DNA of 64,000 nt from Hemiscyllium ocellatum. Lineage: Eukaryota. The notes beneath the pieces were generated by a model that was not told where the DNA came from, searched no databases, and saw only the letters and a program-made list of their open reading frames with translations. Positions 25,701-38,800 of this stretch are shown here, one piece after another (the first letter of the stretch is position 1; the number at the start of each line of letters is the position of its first letter). The stretch is from assembly GCF_020745735.1 (NCBI RefSeq), contig NC_083445.1, positions 7,192,001-7,256,000 of the forward strand, read 5' to 3'. Position numbers and translations under genes: made by a program.

Positions 25701-28700
25701 TGGCTCAGTGAGTAGCACTCGCACCGCGGGGTCAGAATGTCATGGGTTCACGTCTCCTTCAGAGATTTGAGGACAGACTCCAGGCTCATCCTCTCTGTAT
25801 GCAGTATTGAGGGAATGCAGTATTCAGTGTGTCCGCCCTCTCAGGTAAATGTCAAAGATGGCAAGGAACGGTTTTGAAGAGCAGAAAGGGGGATTCTACC
25901 AGATGTCCTGGCCAAAAGACAGATCATCTGGTCATTTCGGCAGCACAGTGGCTCAGTGGTTAGCACTGCTGCCTCACCACACCAGGTACCTGGGCTCAAT
26001 TCCAGCCTTGGGCGACTGTGTGGAGTTTGCGCATTCTCCCCATGGATTTCCTCCAGATGCTCAGGTTTCCTCCCACACTCCGAAGATGTGCAGGTTCAGT
26101 GAATTGGCCATGCTAAATTGACCCATAGTGATCAGGCTAGATGTGCAGGCTAAGTGGATTAACTCTGATCAATGTGGGCTTACAGGGATATGACCTCTTC
26201 AGAGGGTCAGTGCAGACTTGATGGGACAAGTATATTGCATTTTCTGATCATCAGTTGTTGTCTGAGGGATCTCGCTGTGCACTTCAACACTAACTAGACT
26301 TCAAAAATACTGACTTGGCTTCGAAGAGTTTGGGGACGTCCTGATAGGTCAAGTGGAAGTACAAGTCTTTGTTTGCAAAGCAACTCAATTTGCTGCAGAA
26401 CATTGAGTGCTTTCCTTGGCTTTCAGAATACTGAATACACAGTCGGCCCCCAAAGTACACCTCAGTTCAAGATGCAAAGGAATAATTTTCTCCTGCAAAA
26501 CACCCTTTAATATCGTTGTTCCTGGCTGTGTGGATGGCATTGCTTAAAAGCAAGCCTGCTTCATGTTTTTCTTTTTGTTCACCTTTAATCAGGATTCACA
26601 AGTGCTGATTGAGGCGCACAAGTCAGGATTTGAGAGACCGGGGGAGCTCGAGTTTGAAGACTACAGCCAGATGATTAACCGGACTTCATCAGAGAACAGT
26701 ATTGGTTCTCTTAAATCGGAGCCGAAGACCGACCATAGGACCGTTGGCAAAAGCAAGACCAAACGCTGGCCATTCGGAAAAAAAAACAAGGTAGAGACAA
26801 ATACACACAGCTATCAGTGAGGCGAGCAGATGAGTCCAATGTGCTTGAATAGTTGCTAACAATTCTAACATGAGGCATTGATATGTGACTTTATTGATTT
26901 CACCTCACAACTTACAGCTGTGTTTTATGTTTTACTGATGTGAACTTTCTTTCACACACACACGCACACGCTGATATTACATCGGACGGTGGCCCTCGCG
27001 CTCTGTTGGGTGAACAGAAGAGATCCCACTGCACCAGTACAAAAATGAACAGATTCTCCTGTCAAAAGGCTGTCAGGGATATGATGACAATCACCTACCT
27101 CACTGCTGTGGGTTGGGGGCTCATGGTGCTCAAATTGATTGCCGTGTTACCTCCACTACAGCAACAACTGCACTTTGAAAGCTGCTGGTTGGCCGTGAGA
27201 GGTGCTATATAAATGCAAGTGTTTCTTTCAATAGTGGGTGTTAGGACATCGCTGCTGAATCCGGCTCTTTGACGGCATACACGCTCATTCCCCAGGAACA
27301 GTTACTGAACAGTTACCAGACCCTGCCTGATTTATTGTCTCTTTTTCCCCTTCCTCCTCCTTCCTTTCCCAGCTTCTGATGGATCCGATTGTTCCACCCT
27401 TACCATTGCCAGCTGCGATAACTTAATTCATTTGGGAATCAACTCTGGATCCTTCCTGTCTCTGCAGCTTCTGGCTTAGAGTGCTTTATCCACTTGACTC
27501 TCAGGAGAGCTGCGTGTTTAACCATTTGCTGTCCCTATTTAAGGATATTGCAGTTGTGTACTTCTGGGGGGAGAAAAAGATCCCTTTATCAGTTGTGGGC
27601 ATCGCTGGTTGACCAGTCTCTATTGCCCTTGATAAGTTAGTGGGGAACCATGATCTTAAACCGGACAGTCTTGCTACACCACAGAGAGATCCAGAGTTTT
27701 GACCCAGTGACAGCAAGGGCAAGTGCCATCGTTCCGAGTCAGAATGGTGTGTGGTTCGGAGGCAGGTGATGGTGTTTCCGTGCATCTACTGCCCGTGTCC
27801 TTCGGGGCTGCAGAAGTTGCAGGTTTGGAACAGGTGGGAGAACTTGGTGGACTTACAGCCGATTTAGCCACCAACGGTACGTCCTCTGGTTCCTGGCTTC
27901 AGTAGTGAGAGGGATTTGATTCCCTGATCCAGACTTTACTGGTGCCAGCCAGGGTTTCAATTGCCAATGCACTTGAACAGAAGTCCAGGCTCAGAAAGGA
28001 GTATTGCATTGTTAGAGATTCTATCCTTCTAATTGTGACTCGCTCTGTGCTCTTGGATCGATGTAACAGATCCCATGACAAATCCCATGATCCCTCGTGT
28101 CTTGGCCAGTATTTATCTCTCAGCTAACACCACTAAGACAGATTATCTGCCTGTGGTTGCAACGACATGTGTTGGAGCCTTTTGTCTGTAAACTGGTTGC
28201 CATGTTCCATGGTTAAAAGTACTTCACTGTTAGTAGAGTGGTTTGGGATGTCTGGTGGTCATGATGGGTGCTACGTAAATACAAAAACTCTCCTTTAAAT
28301 GCAAAGGAGCTATAAAGGAACAAGTCAAGGCAGGCAGTTGAAAGTTCTTTTTTTTTAATATTGGTACTTATTCATTCTGTCTCACAATGGGCTCCACTGC
28401 CAAAATTGTGACTCATTATCTTCAGGGGATGGTCAGTCAGCAGTATGAACTGCTGTGGTTTTGGGTGGTTACTGGACTCCCATTGGATTTAGACTCTGCT
28501 AAGAAAAGCACTGAGTCACGCGAACCAGGGACACCTCCTGTCTTGGTCCCAGCTGTACATCAAAATTCACCGATCAGTCAAAACGGTCGACCGTGACTGG
28601 CCCCACGTGTCTTCCAGCTCAGTGAGGATTAAGGTATGGTTCCCACTCCTCTCCTGACCCGGTAACTGGTGGGTTGAAAGTAGGCATTGGGTGCAGCAGT

Positions 28701-31700
28701 GAGTGAGGTAGGCAGACGGTATGTTGGCTTTCTTAATGAGAGTACTGGAGTAAGGATGGTCTTGCTGCAATTGTACAGGCCTTGCTGAGACCGCACCTGG
28801 AGTGGGATAGTTTTGGTCTCCTTCTCTGAGGAGGGATGTTCTGGATATGGAGGGACTGCAACAAGGGCTTATTTCCAGACTGATTTCTAGGATGGCAGGA
28901 CTGATGCATGCAAAGCTACTACATTGGTTAGGCTTACATTGACTGGAGTTGAGAAGAATCAGCTCGGGGGGGAATCATATGTAGACCTATAAAATTCAAA
29001 GAGGGCTGGGGTATGTTCCGGAAGGATGTTTCTGATGACCAGAGGAGTTCAGGACCAGCGTCACTATCCAAGGATACAGGGTAGGACATTCTAAGACTGA
29101 GATGAGAAATTACTTCACCCAGAATCTGGTGAAGCTGTCACACAAAGCTATTGAGGTCAGAACTTCAAATGTTTTAAAGAAGGATTCAGATAGAATTCTT
29201 AGGGCTAAAGGGACCAAAAGATATGGGGCACAAGGAACAGGAGACTGAGTTGGATGATCGGCCTTGATCGTATGAAATGGTGGTCAGGCTCGAAGGGCCG
29301 AAAGGCCTACTCCTGCCTTTTCTAGGAGTTGACAACAGAAAACCCTTGCATTTATCTAGCACCTTTAATATTGTAACGTATTGCAGGAGATGATATTTTT
29401 GACAGCAAGCCAAATGAGGTTTGGGCAGCAGCTTGGTCATTGAGGTTCCCTGGGGAAACATGTGCCCACTTTTCCTGGGTGCGACCAGGCCCTCATGCCT
29501 GCCTCGTGCACCCTGTCCAACTCCATACCTGATCAACCATAGATAGACAGCTAAGGTTTGGTCAACTAGCTGAACTGTCCAAGCCAATGAGACCATAGCC
29601 CCACCATCAGGCAGCCCCTCCTCAGGAACTCAGCTCGCCAGCAGTGGTCGATGTGACCTTCACGGGGTGTCCTCCTCTACTTAGTTTGTAAATCTTGAGG
29701 GATGGAGCCAGCTCTTGTTGGTCAGTATTTCGGCAGCTCTCTCTTCTGTTAACTCCAGGCGGCAATGTTTCATTGAAAAGGGTAGTTGGTGTTCCCGCTG
29801 ATGTTCCAATGCAGCTTTCTAATCGACTGATGGAAGACTAGTCTCATTCTGTCTCCTTTCTTCAATCCTTGTAAAACACAACTGGCTCCATCCATCCCTC
29901 CTCGAGGTGACCACTTGCCATTGGGGAGACTTGGCAGTCGAGTATCCAGAGAGCTGACACTGCTGGACACTGTCCTGACCATATGTCCACCTGCTGAGGA
30001 GTAAAAATGCTGGGGGTTTCCCCCACATACCCCTGCTGCCTTATCCCAGGGGTATCAGTAGTCGTTGTACCCTCATCACTGGCCTGACCTGTTGAGCACT
30101 TTGGCATCTCTTGAGGTTTGCGCTGAAAATGTGTTGCTGGAAAAGCGCAGCAGGTCAGGCAACATCTAAGGAACAGGAAATTCGACATTTCGGGCATAAA
30201 CCCTTCATCAGGAATGAAGATTCCTGATGAAGGGCTTATGCCCGAAACGTCGAATTTCCTGTTCCTTGGATGCGGCCTGACCTGCTGCGCTTTTCCAGCA
30301 ACACATTTTCAGCTCTGATCTCCAGCATCTGCAGACCTCACTTTCTCCTCGAAGCTCTCTTGAGGTTTCCCTCATTTGATAGAAATGCAAATCTTTCTTT
30401 TCCTTCCATCCAGGCTTATTCTTCCTGGTTGAATCTTCATTCGTTTCCCATTTTCTTTGATGATGTGACCTTGTTGCTGCAATAACTGTTCATTTTTTTT
30501 TCTTGCAGTGGGTTGTGGACCGCGATATCAAATAATCTTTTAATCTTCTCTTTGTGCAACCACTCTCCCCAACCAAACTCTTCACCGACCAAACAATCCA
30601 AAAGCTTTGTGAAGTAATACTGCTCCTTGGGCACTCGGCATGCATGCAATCTAACCAGCTTTAATGGCCACCAATGGAACATTTGGCTTGTAGTGGTCTG
30701 ACTCAACAATGACCATGTCGGAGCGCATGGAATGTCTCTTTGAACTCTGAGAAAGAAGGGTGCAACGATTAGCAACATTCTCGAGTCCGTCGTAGCAAAG
30801 TGTGGGAAGAGGATAGGTTTGCAATGGCCTGCCCTGTTGATCACAGAGGGAGTTACCATCCAGCTCCCCCCTCCCCAGTGGAGGGAGGTTTGTGTGTTTC
30901 TCTGACAGCCAGCAGGTATAGAATGAGTTGAAAGATGATAGATGTCAGTGCGGTGTTGCGTTGTGAAAGATGAGAGAGATCACTGGTTTAATCCAAGCTT
31001 GGTGAGTTCCCAGTTGGTCTTCATATTCCCCCTGACCAAAGTAAGAGTTACAGTTCATCCACCAGCTCCTGACCCTTGGGCTCAATAGCCTGTGAATAGC
31101 CACTGTCCAAACTCACACCAGGACAGGTGCTGTCAGAGTGACATCTTTAGAATTTATGTCTCCAGTAGAGGAAGGAGTAAATGAGAAGAAATTACGAGTA
31201 AAATACTCTCACTTCCTTCAGCAGCAGAACTGGCATTGCTCTCAAACTGGGATTTGGCAATTAACTTTGCTTTCTCAACATGGGTGGTTCAGTTGGTGAT
31301 TTTCTGAAATTTCTTCCTCTCGTTGTGGATTTAATGCACGGGGCATGAGTTACCTCCAGTTGCAACATTTACTGGACTAATGGAAAGCGAGCACAGAGCT
31401 GAGAGAAGAGAGTTACAGAACATCCCAGTGCAAACTACCCAAATCTTTAGCACCAATCTATGCTTTGCCCTCTTCAGTTTACACCTAACAGATTTTTCAC
31501 CGTGCATTATTTAAATGTTTCTCTGTCAGTCTCAGCTTTTATAGCTTCCATACATTTAGATTGAGAAATGGGAATGTGGGTGAGTTAACAGGGCCAGGTG
31601 TAGTTTGGCAATTTCGAATATCCACTCTCTTCCACCTCTGTCCTTTCCACCCGCTCCCAGTCCCATCAAAACCAGCTCAGTTGATCCCGACGGCATCTTG

Positions 31701-34700
31701 GAGTGTGCCAGGTGACTGAGTTTCATAGCCTAGCTTGCCACTTGTACCTGGATTTTCACTTCACAGTTGCTGGACCAAGGCTTCTGTCATGAACAAAGCT
31801 GCACTGTTGAGTAATTTCCAGGAACCGATTAATATCCGTCTCCTGTCGAGCGAACGACTCAAGTAGGTGAAACAGCTACACCTGAGCACTCTGCAGGTGT
31901 TTGGATGGTAAATATACCATGTAGGTGAAAAATGTGCTGGGCCCAATCCATAATGCTGAATCTCCACAACAGGTTAGGTCATGGGAGTTTACATCACAAG
32001 CCAACTACCTTCAGCCCATCGTGTCAGTAATGACTCTTTAAAAGAGTTCTACTTAGTCCCCTTCCCTTTGCCCTCTAACCCACATCCTCAAGAATCTGTC
32101 CAACTTCCTTTAATTATTTACCAACTCCTCCACCATTTCAGTTAAAGCATACCAGATCCTGATAGCTCTCTGATGCTCCTGGATATCTCCTCAGCCTGCT
32201 TTTAGACATTTTGCTGATAGTGTTTTGGATCTATGTCCTCTGGGGTACTAGCAAAACAGCTTTCTTCTCTCTCTGTCCACCTCCCTGCTCCAAGGAGACC
32301 AGACCTATCTTTTCCAAAATACCCTAGGTAATGAACTCCTGTAACCCTCAGTGTCGAAATTGGCTGTGGTTCTCTTGAGCTAGATGGCCTGTAATGTTTG
32401 TGGGGATCAATACCATCTGGATTCTTGCTCCCAGTTTCTGTCCAATTCCTTCTTGGTAAAATTTGAACCTTTTTCTTGTAAGTCCTCAGAGGACATGGTT
32501 GGGCAAAAGGCTGCTCATAGCCAGTCACAAGAGACCAAGAAGACATGGCTTGACTAACACAGCTGTAGCCTTCAGCACCAGTGAGACGAGAGGAGGAAAT
32601 AGATTGTACATTTGCATTTGGATGGGGGATGGTTTTCTAAATCTGAGTGACAAAAGTCCATAAGTGCTAAGTGCTTCCTGTGATTGTTGCACCCTTCATT
32701 GTGTTTGACTTGAATCAGCTGAGCTGCAGCACAGGATTGTGGGCTGTGAAACGCTTCCTTATCTTCAGCCTTTCACTTCATTTTTAAAAGCACGACCAAC
32801 TTCATGAATGATTTCGTACCCTGCTCTTTCCGGCCAAGAGAACAACATTGGGCCATAGAACTGTGCTTAACGCCAAACGCAGGGAAACCCTGATACTGGT
32901 GTGGCCTCGACATTGTGATGAGCCACACTTCTTTTTTTTTGATATGAGCGTTTCCTACGCCTGAACCCATTTGGGAGAGGCTGGGGTGTGGTGAAGGAAA
33001 TAGAGAAGGTCATTTGAATCAGAGTCTTCACATGAGCAACACAGGGCCCAGGGGGTTGACATGAGAACGTTACCTGACCCAAAATATCCCACCCAATGCC
33101 CTGGGAGAGCCATGAAAAATTAACTTGGAAACGGGCCATTCAGCCCTTCAAGTCCATCGCACCATTCATTTCGACCATGGTGGATTGAAAGACACCCATG
33201 ACCTGTACAAGGGCAGATGCCATTGTGAAGATCATTATGTACTAGTAATAGTCCATAGATATTTGTATCTTTTTTGGTACCTCTTTTGGAACAGCTTTAT
33301 GCTTTTAAATGCTGCTCAGGGGTTTGATTTGTACAAATACACAAATTTGCTTTGAGGTTTCCCTCCATCAATTTGGATTCCAACCATCTGTGGATTTGAT
33401 CTGACAATTTCTGATGACAGTCTTGAGTGACTTGGTAACTGTTGACCCTGGTCCTATCCCTAATCCAACATGAGTCCCAAAAACTTGGTCAAAGAGTTTT
33501 GTAACATGAGGCTGGATGGGAAATCGGAATGAATTTGGTCTGACAACTTTCCCTACTTAATCCTCACTTTGCAGCATTTAGCTCTGACGTTTTTTTTTAA
33601 GTTTGTGCATGAGATTATGGATTTATCACAGTGTTATTCTAAGCAGCTCTTGAACAGCGTCTAGCCTGATGAGTTAGATTCAAGTGCTAATGTTTGTGGA
33701 ATGGAAAGTCGAGAAGGAGTTCTCGAGATTTTCTTCACAAAAAAAAATTAGTCTCTTCAGCTGGATTTTCAACAAGTCATTTTCAGCCCTAAACCTGGTT
33801 CCTGGGCAATACTGAGTTTGGGAAAGGCAGGGCGATTGCAATTCTCTTAACATCCCTGAGGCAACCAGTCTTATGCAGTTTGCCCTCCTGGAAAATGCCA
33901 GTGCGTTGGAGAGAACAGATTTCAGATCAATAACAATGGCCATTGTGGATTGGTAATTTGTCTAAATTTAGATACCTGCTGCTTGTGGAGAATGAATACC
34001 TGAGCATAAGGACGTGGAAATAGTCTCCTGCCCAGCAAGAATCAACACCTTTTGTGAGAAAAATGAGAGCTATATGAAATCAAAAGGTATATTTCTAGAG
34101 AGAGTGTCAGATATTGAGCAGACACTAATCCAAGGCAGTACTTGACAAAATTTGTTTCTGTCTGGTTAATGAAGGTTGCTGTGCTTTCTGTTACACTGCT
34201 GTCATGGCTAGTTTATCCAGTTGGCTCCATATGTCAAGTATCCCCCATAAACCCTGCATACTCAGGGAAAAGTATGTTGAAGCTGGGGTGAGTTTGTGGA
34301 CAGTTTTTCATCGATATTCACTCTAGGCCTGCGTTTATTGCCCGTGTCTAGTTACCCCGAGAAACTAGTGGGATGAGTTACCTTGAACTGCAGACTGTTT
34401 GGTTGCGGTTAGGTGAATGGTTTGCTAGGGTGTTTTCAGAGTGCAGTTGAGAGTCAGCGACGTCGCTGGGGCCCCTGGAGTCTTTCTCAGGTCAGGGTGG
34501 AGATGTCAAGTTGAGCTCCGTGTAAAAGTTGCCACAAAGATTGCCCAACGACGCTGGATTTTGAGTTTCTGCTTCGATGGGGTGACCATCCCCACAGCCC
34601 CCCGCCCTCCCAAAAAAAAACTCTCAATCATGGGGGCCATGTGAGCGATTATCGCAATCTGATAAAGTTGCAAAGCTTGTGCTAACTTGACCTGTCCGTC

Positions 34701-35768
34701 AGGGAAGGGAAGTGGGAACAGGGGTAGGACCAGGAAGTGGGGGCTCACCTCACTAGGACCGTGCTTGCATCATTGCTGCAAGTGAAGGTGTGGAAGAGAC
34801 ACTGTGGAGATGAACTCCAAAGGAATTGCGCCTGCCTTGATTTAGTAACTGAATGGCTGAAGGACTTTTCAAGAGCTGCATTGGACCTTGCTGTTTGTCC
34901 TCCCTTTCTTTCTCCCTTCTGTTGTTTTACACCATGGGTTGATTTCTCCCCTTTACATTAACAGCTTCCACCCCTCCCCTTCTCACCTTTGAACTTTTAC
35001 CCCTCGTCTTTCGCTAATGGGCACCCGTCCCCCAAGTTCACCAGGGATCCGCTGTCTTACTGTCTGAACGAGATAAAGACAGTGAAACCCAGGATCCCTT
35101 CTTTCCAAAGCTTACGGAGGGGGGTAAGTTGGTTTCCTTTCAAATACTCGCATGCTGAAGGTGTCACCTTGAATGGGAAGCTGAGAAGCCTTTTGGCCTG
35201 ACGTTTTTAATGCTGACTTTTGTCGGGACTGCATTACACTCTTTGGGGAACTTGTAAGATTTCCCTTCCAAGTTACATAAAAAGGATCTTCAATTACATT
35301 TCTTGCATTTGGTTAAAGGAAGGGGAGAAGAGGCTCCAGGGGAATATGAATGCAGGAGTAATAGAGAAAGGCAGATTATTGTATCCGAGTGTAACAGATT
35401 GGCATGCACGACTTTGGTCGCTAAGATCAACACAGCACTGAAGACTAGGGAAGAAAGGTGCAAGAGGGTTAGAGAACGACTGCTTTTAACTCTGGCCCAG
35501 ATCAGAAGATTTTCGGTTAGCCTTGTCATTGAGTGAATGCAAATTGGAAATTCCAGAATTCAGAACATTCCACCTTCAAGCTGAAGGATGGGAGGGTAAA
35601 GGAATTGGACTCTGACTTCCTGGTGAGAGAATTGCTATATTGTAGGAGATGCTAACAACAACCAACACACACGCACATCCCCCACACACCCTATCCCCCC
35701 CCACACACACACTATCCCCACACACACCCACACCTCCCCACACACGTGCACACCGCCCCCCAACACAC

Positions 35769-35805
<37 letters not shown>

Positions 35806-38800
35806 CACACACCCCTATCCCCACACACACCCACACCTCCCCACACACATGCACACCCCGCCACACACACCCCCACACACACACACCCCCACACACATAC
35901 CCACACACTATCCCCCCACACACTATCTCACACACTCACACACACACACACACACACCTGTGAATCCCAAATCCCATAATGTCCGTTTGTTACATATTAG
36001 AACTCCTAACATGTGCATGAATGATATCTGGAGAGTCTAGTGACATTACTGGTACATCACCATATTCCCTGTCATTCCCAGTCGACTGAATAAATATCAT
36101 CTTGTATGTATTTGTCAAGTAGTTGATCTCCACTATGTTTTGTCAATAGAGACACTGTTGTAACTTGATAGTTACTGCACAGGCTGTTCTATCCTGGGAA
36201 GGCATTACAAACCACTACCCTGATTATGTCAGACTCAGCCAATAAATAAATTCCCAAATGTATTGTTAACTGGAGCACCCACTTTAATAGAATTAAATAT
36301 CTGGAAAAGATTTTAAAGGTCACAACAGCGCTACCTGGTTGCATGATACTGTTGAGCAAGTTTGTTTTATCATCATTCAGAAACGAACCAGCCTGTCTTG
36401 TTTGGACTAACAGGAATTTTCGCTGGTTTTCTCCTTATTTAGATAATCCTTCGTAGTTTTCTGTTTTTCAGTTTGCTCTCCCTGTTGCCTAACCATCTCA
36501 TTTACATTTCTGACATCCTTAAATATATGGTTTAATCCAAAAGACAACAAAAGTACTTTCAGGATCTAAGTATGTAGTTTTATCTGGTTTCTGAAAGATA
36601 AAGTAGACATTGTTCACACAACGCAGCCCTCTAAGTTGGAGAATCAGCTGATGTCACACAGTCAATTATTGGCCTTTCTACAGAACCTCAGAAGAACTGG
36701 GAGCCTGTTCCACCATTTAATACAATCGTGGCTAATGCATCTCGCCCTCAATTCCAATCTCCTATCAGCTGTCCCTAACCCTTCCACCCATTACTCATTA
36801 ATCTACCTCATCCATTAAAATTAACGCAAAATCGCAGCAACCACCACAGTCTGTGGTAGTGCACTCCACAGATTCACCGCCCTTCGAGTGAAGTAATTTC
36901 TCATCTCTGTTTTAAATCTCCTACCCCTTACCCTAAAACTCTTTCCAGTTTGCCTCAAATGCTCTAACTTCCCTGCACAGATGCTGCCAGGCCTGCTGAG
37001 CTTTTCTAGCAAGTTCTGTTTTTTGTTTCTGAGTTAATATTTAGTTGTATTGAATTCCACTTTTCTATCTTCCCTCTTTTCCACATTTCCATGATGACAA
37101 TAAATTCCTTTGCAATTCTTAATTTGAAAAATAATCATCTAAAAGTAATAATCCCTCCTGGAGTTACTACTTGGAATATCTCTCATTGGATTCTGGTTAG
37201 GTCAGGAAAGGATTTCATATGTGGATAAGAAGATGGGTTCAGAACATTGAAATTCTGTGTACACCCTGCGCTATTCTATATAAGTGCAATAACCTCTGTG
37301 ATCCTCATGTATGCAATCATTGGATTACTTTTATAAAAAGCCATTTCAAGTCAAAATTAGGAGGCAGGGATGGAACAAAACCACTGATGTGTCCGTGTCT
37401 GTCATAGTAGGTGAGATTGATCAGGAGATAAATAGAGTGGCGATTGTGGAGTAATGTCTCGCAGAAAGTGTGTGAAAATTTGGTAATCTTTCCTCTCCTA
37501 AAATTCCCTTTGCCCCCAGTGCCTAGCAAAATGCTGAGAATCCACAAACACGAAGGTTCAGTTGGAATTTCCACAGCAGAGGCTGATACCCTTTGTTTTG
37601 TTTGAAAGGGTGCTGAGGGATGAAGACCGACTTAAGTTAGGATGGCACGCTGGCTCAATGGTTAGCATTGCTGCCTCACAGCGCCAGGGACCCGGGTTCA
37701 ATTCCAATCTCGGGCGACTGTGTGGAGTTGGCGCATTCTCCCCCATGTCTGCGTGGGTTGCCTCTGGGTGCTCTGGCTTCCTCCCACAATCCAAATCTGT
37801 GCAGGTTAGGATGGATTGACCAAGCTAGGTTTCCCATAGTGGCCAGGGGTGTGCAGGCTAGCTGGACGTGGAAGCTTGTGTGGAGTGGGGCAGCAAATGA
37901 GCTGACTCGCAAATATTGAAAGCACCCAGGGAGGGTGAGGAGAGAAACCGAAGACAATTTCAGTCATCAAGCTGGTAAAAATAGCCCCTTACCACAGAAA
38001 ACGTTTGCGGCTGAAGCACTGAATGTTTTCAAGAATGACTTAACTATCTTTCTTGGGACTAAAGGCGTCAAAGGGAAGAAAGCAGGGTGCAGGGAACTCA
38101 GTTGGATCAAAACTTTCTGGAGAAACTGAGCAGGTCTGGTAGGATCTGTGGAGAGAGAAACAGTTAATGTTTCAAGTCCAGTTCTGAATAAGAGTTACTG
38201 GACTCAGTGTTAACTCTGCTTTCTCTCCTGGGGTGGCACGGTGGCTCAGTGGTTAGCACTGCTGCCTCACAGCGCCAGGGATCCAGGTTTGATTCCAGCC
38301 TCAGGCAAATGTCTGTTTGGAGTTTCCACATTCTCCCCATGTCTGCGTGGGTTTCCTCCAGGTGCTCCGGTTTCCTCCCACAGTCGAAAGATGTGCAGGA
38401 TAGGGTGGATTGGCCGTGCTAAATTGTCCCATAGTGTTCAGGGATGTGTAGGTTAGGTGCATCAGTCAGGGGAAATGTAGAGTAATAGGGGAGGGGAATG
38501 GGTCTGGGTGGGATGCTCTTCTGAGGGTCACTGCGGACTGAGTGGGCCAAATGGCCTGTCTCCACACGGTAGGGATTCTTCTCTGTGAGATGCTGCCAGA
38601 CCTGCCGGGTTTCTCCAGCAATTCCTATTTTTGATTCACGTCTTCAACATCTGCACTTCTTTGTTTTTGGATGACGGAGCTGGGTGGAACGGCCTGCTTC
38701 CTGTTCATATTTTCTATATTTGTAGTTAGCGAGCTGTGTCATAGTTTGTAGTCAGGCACGAGGACCATGAGGAAGAGCATGATGCTATTCTATTTGTGCC

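Noticed and set aside
35576-36040. His/Thr/Pro-rich and Val/Cys-rich ORFs
   Set aside because: Translations of the CA-rich simple repeat.
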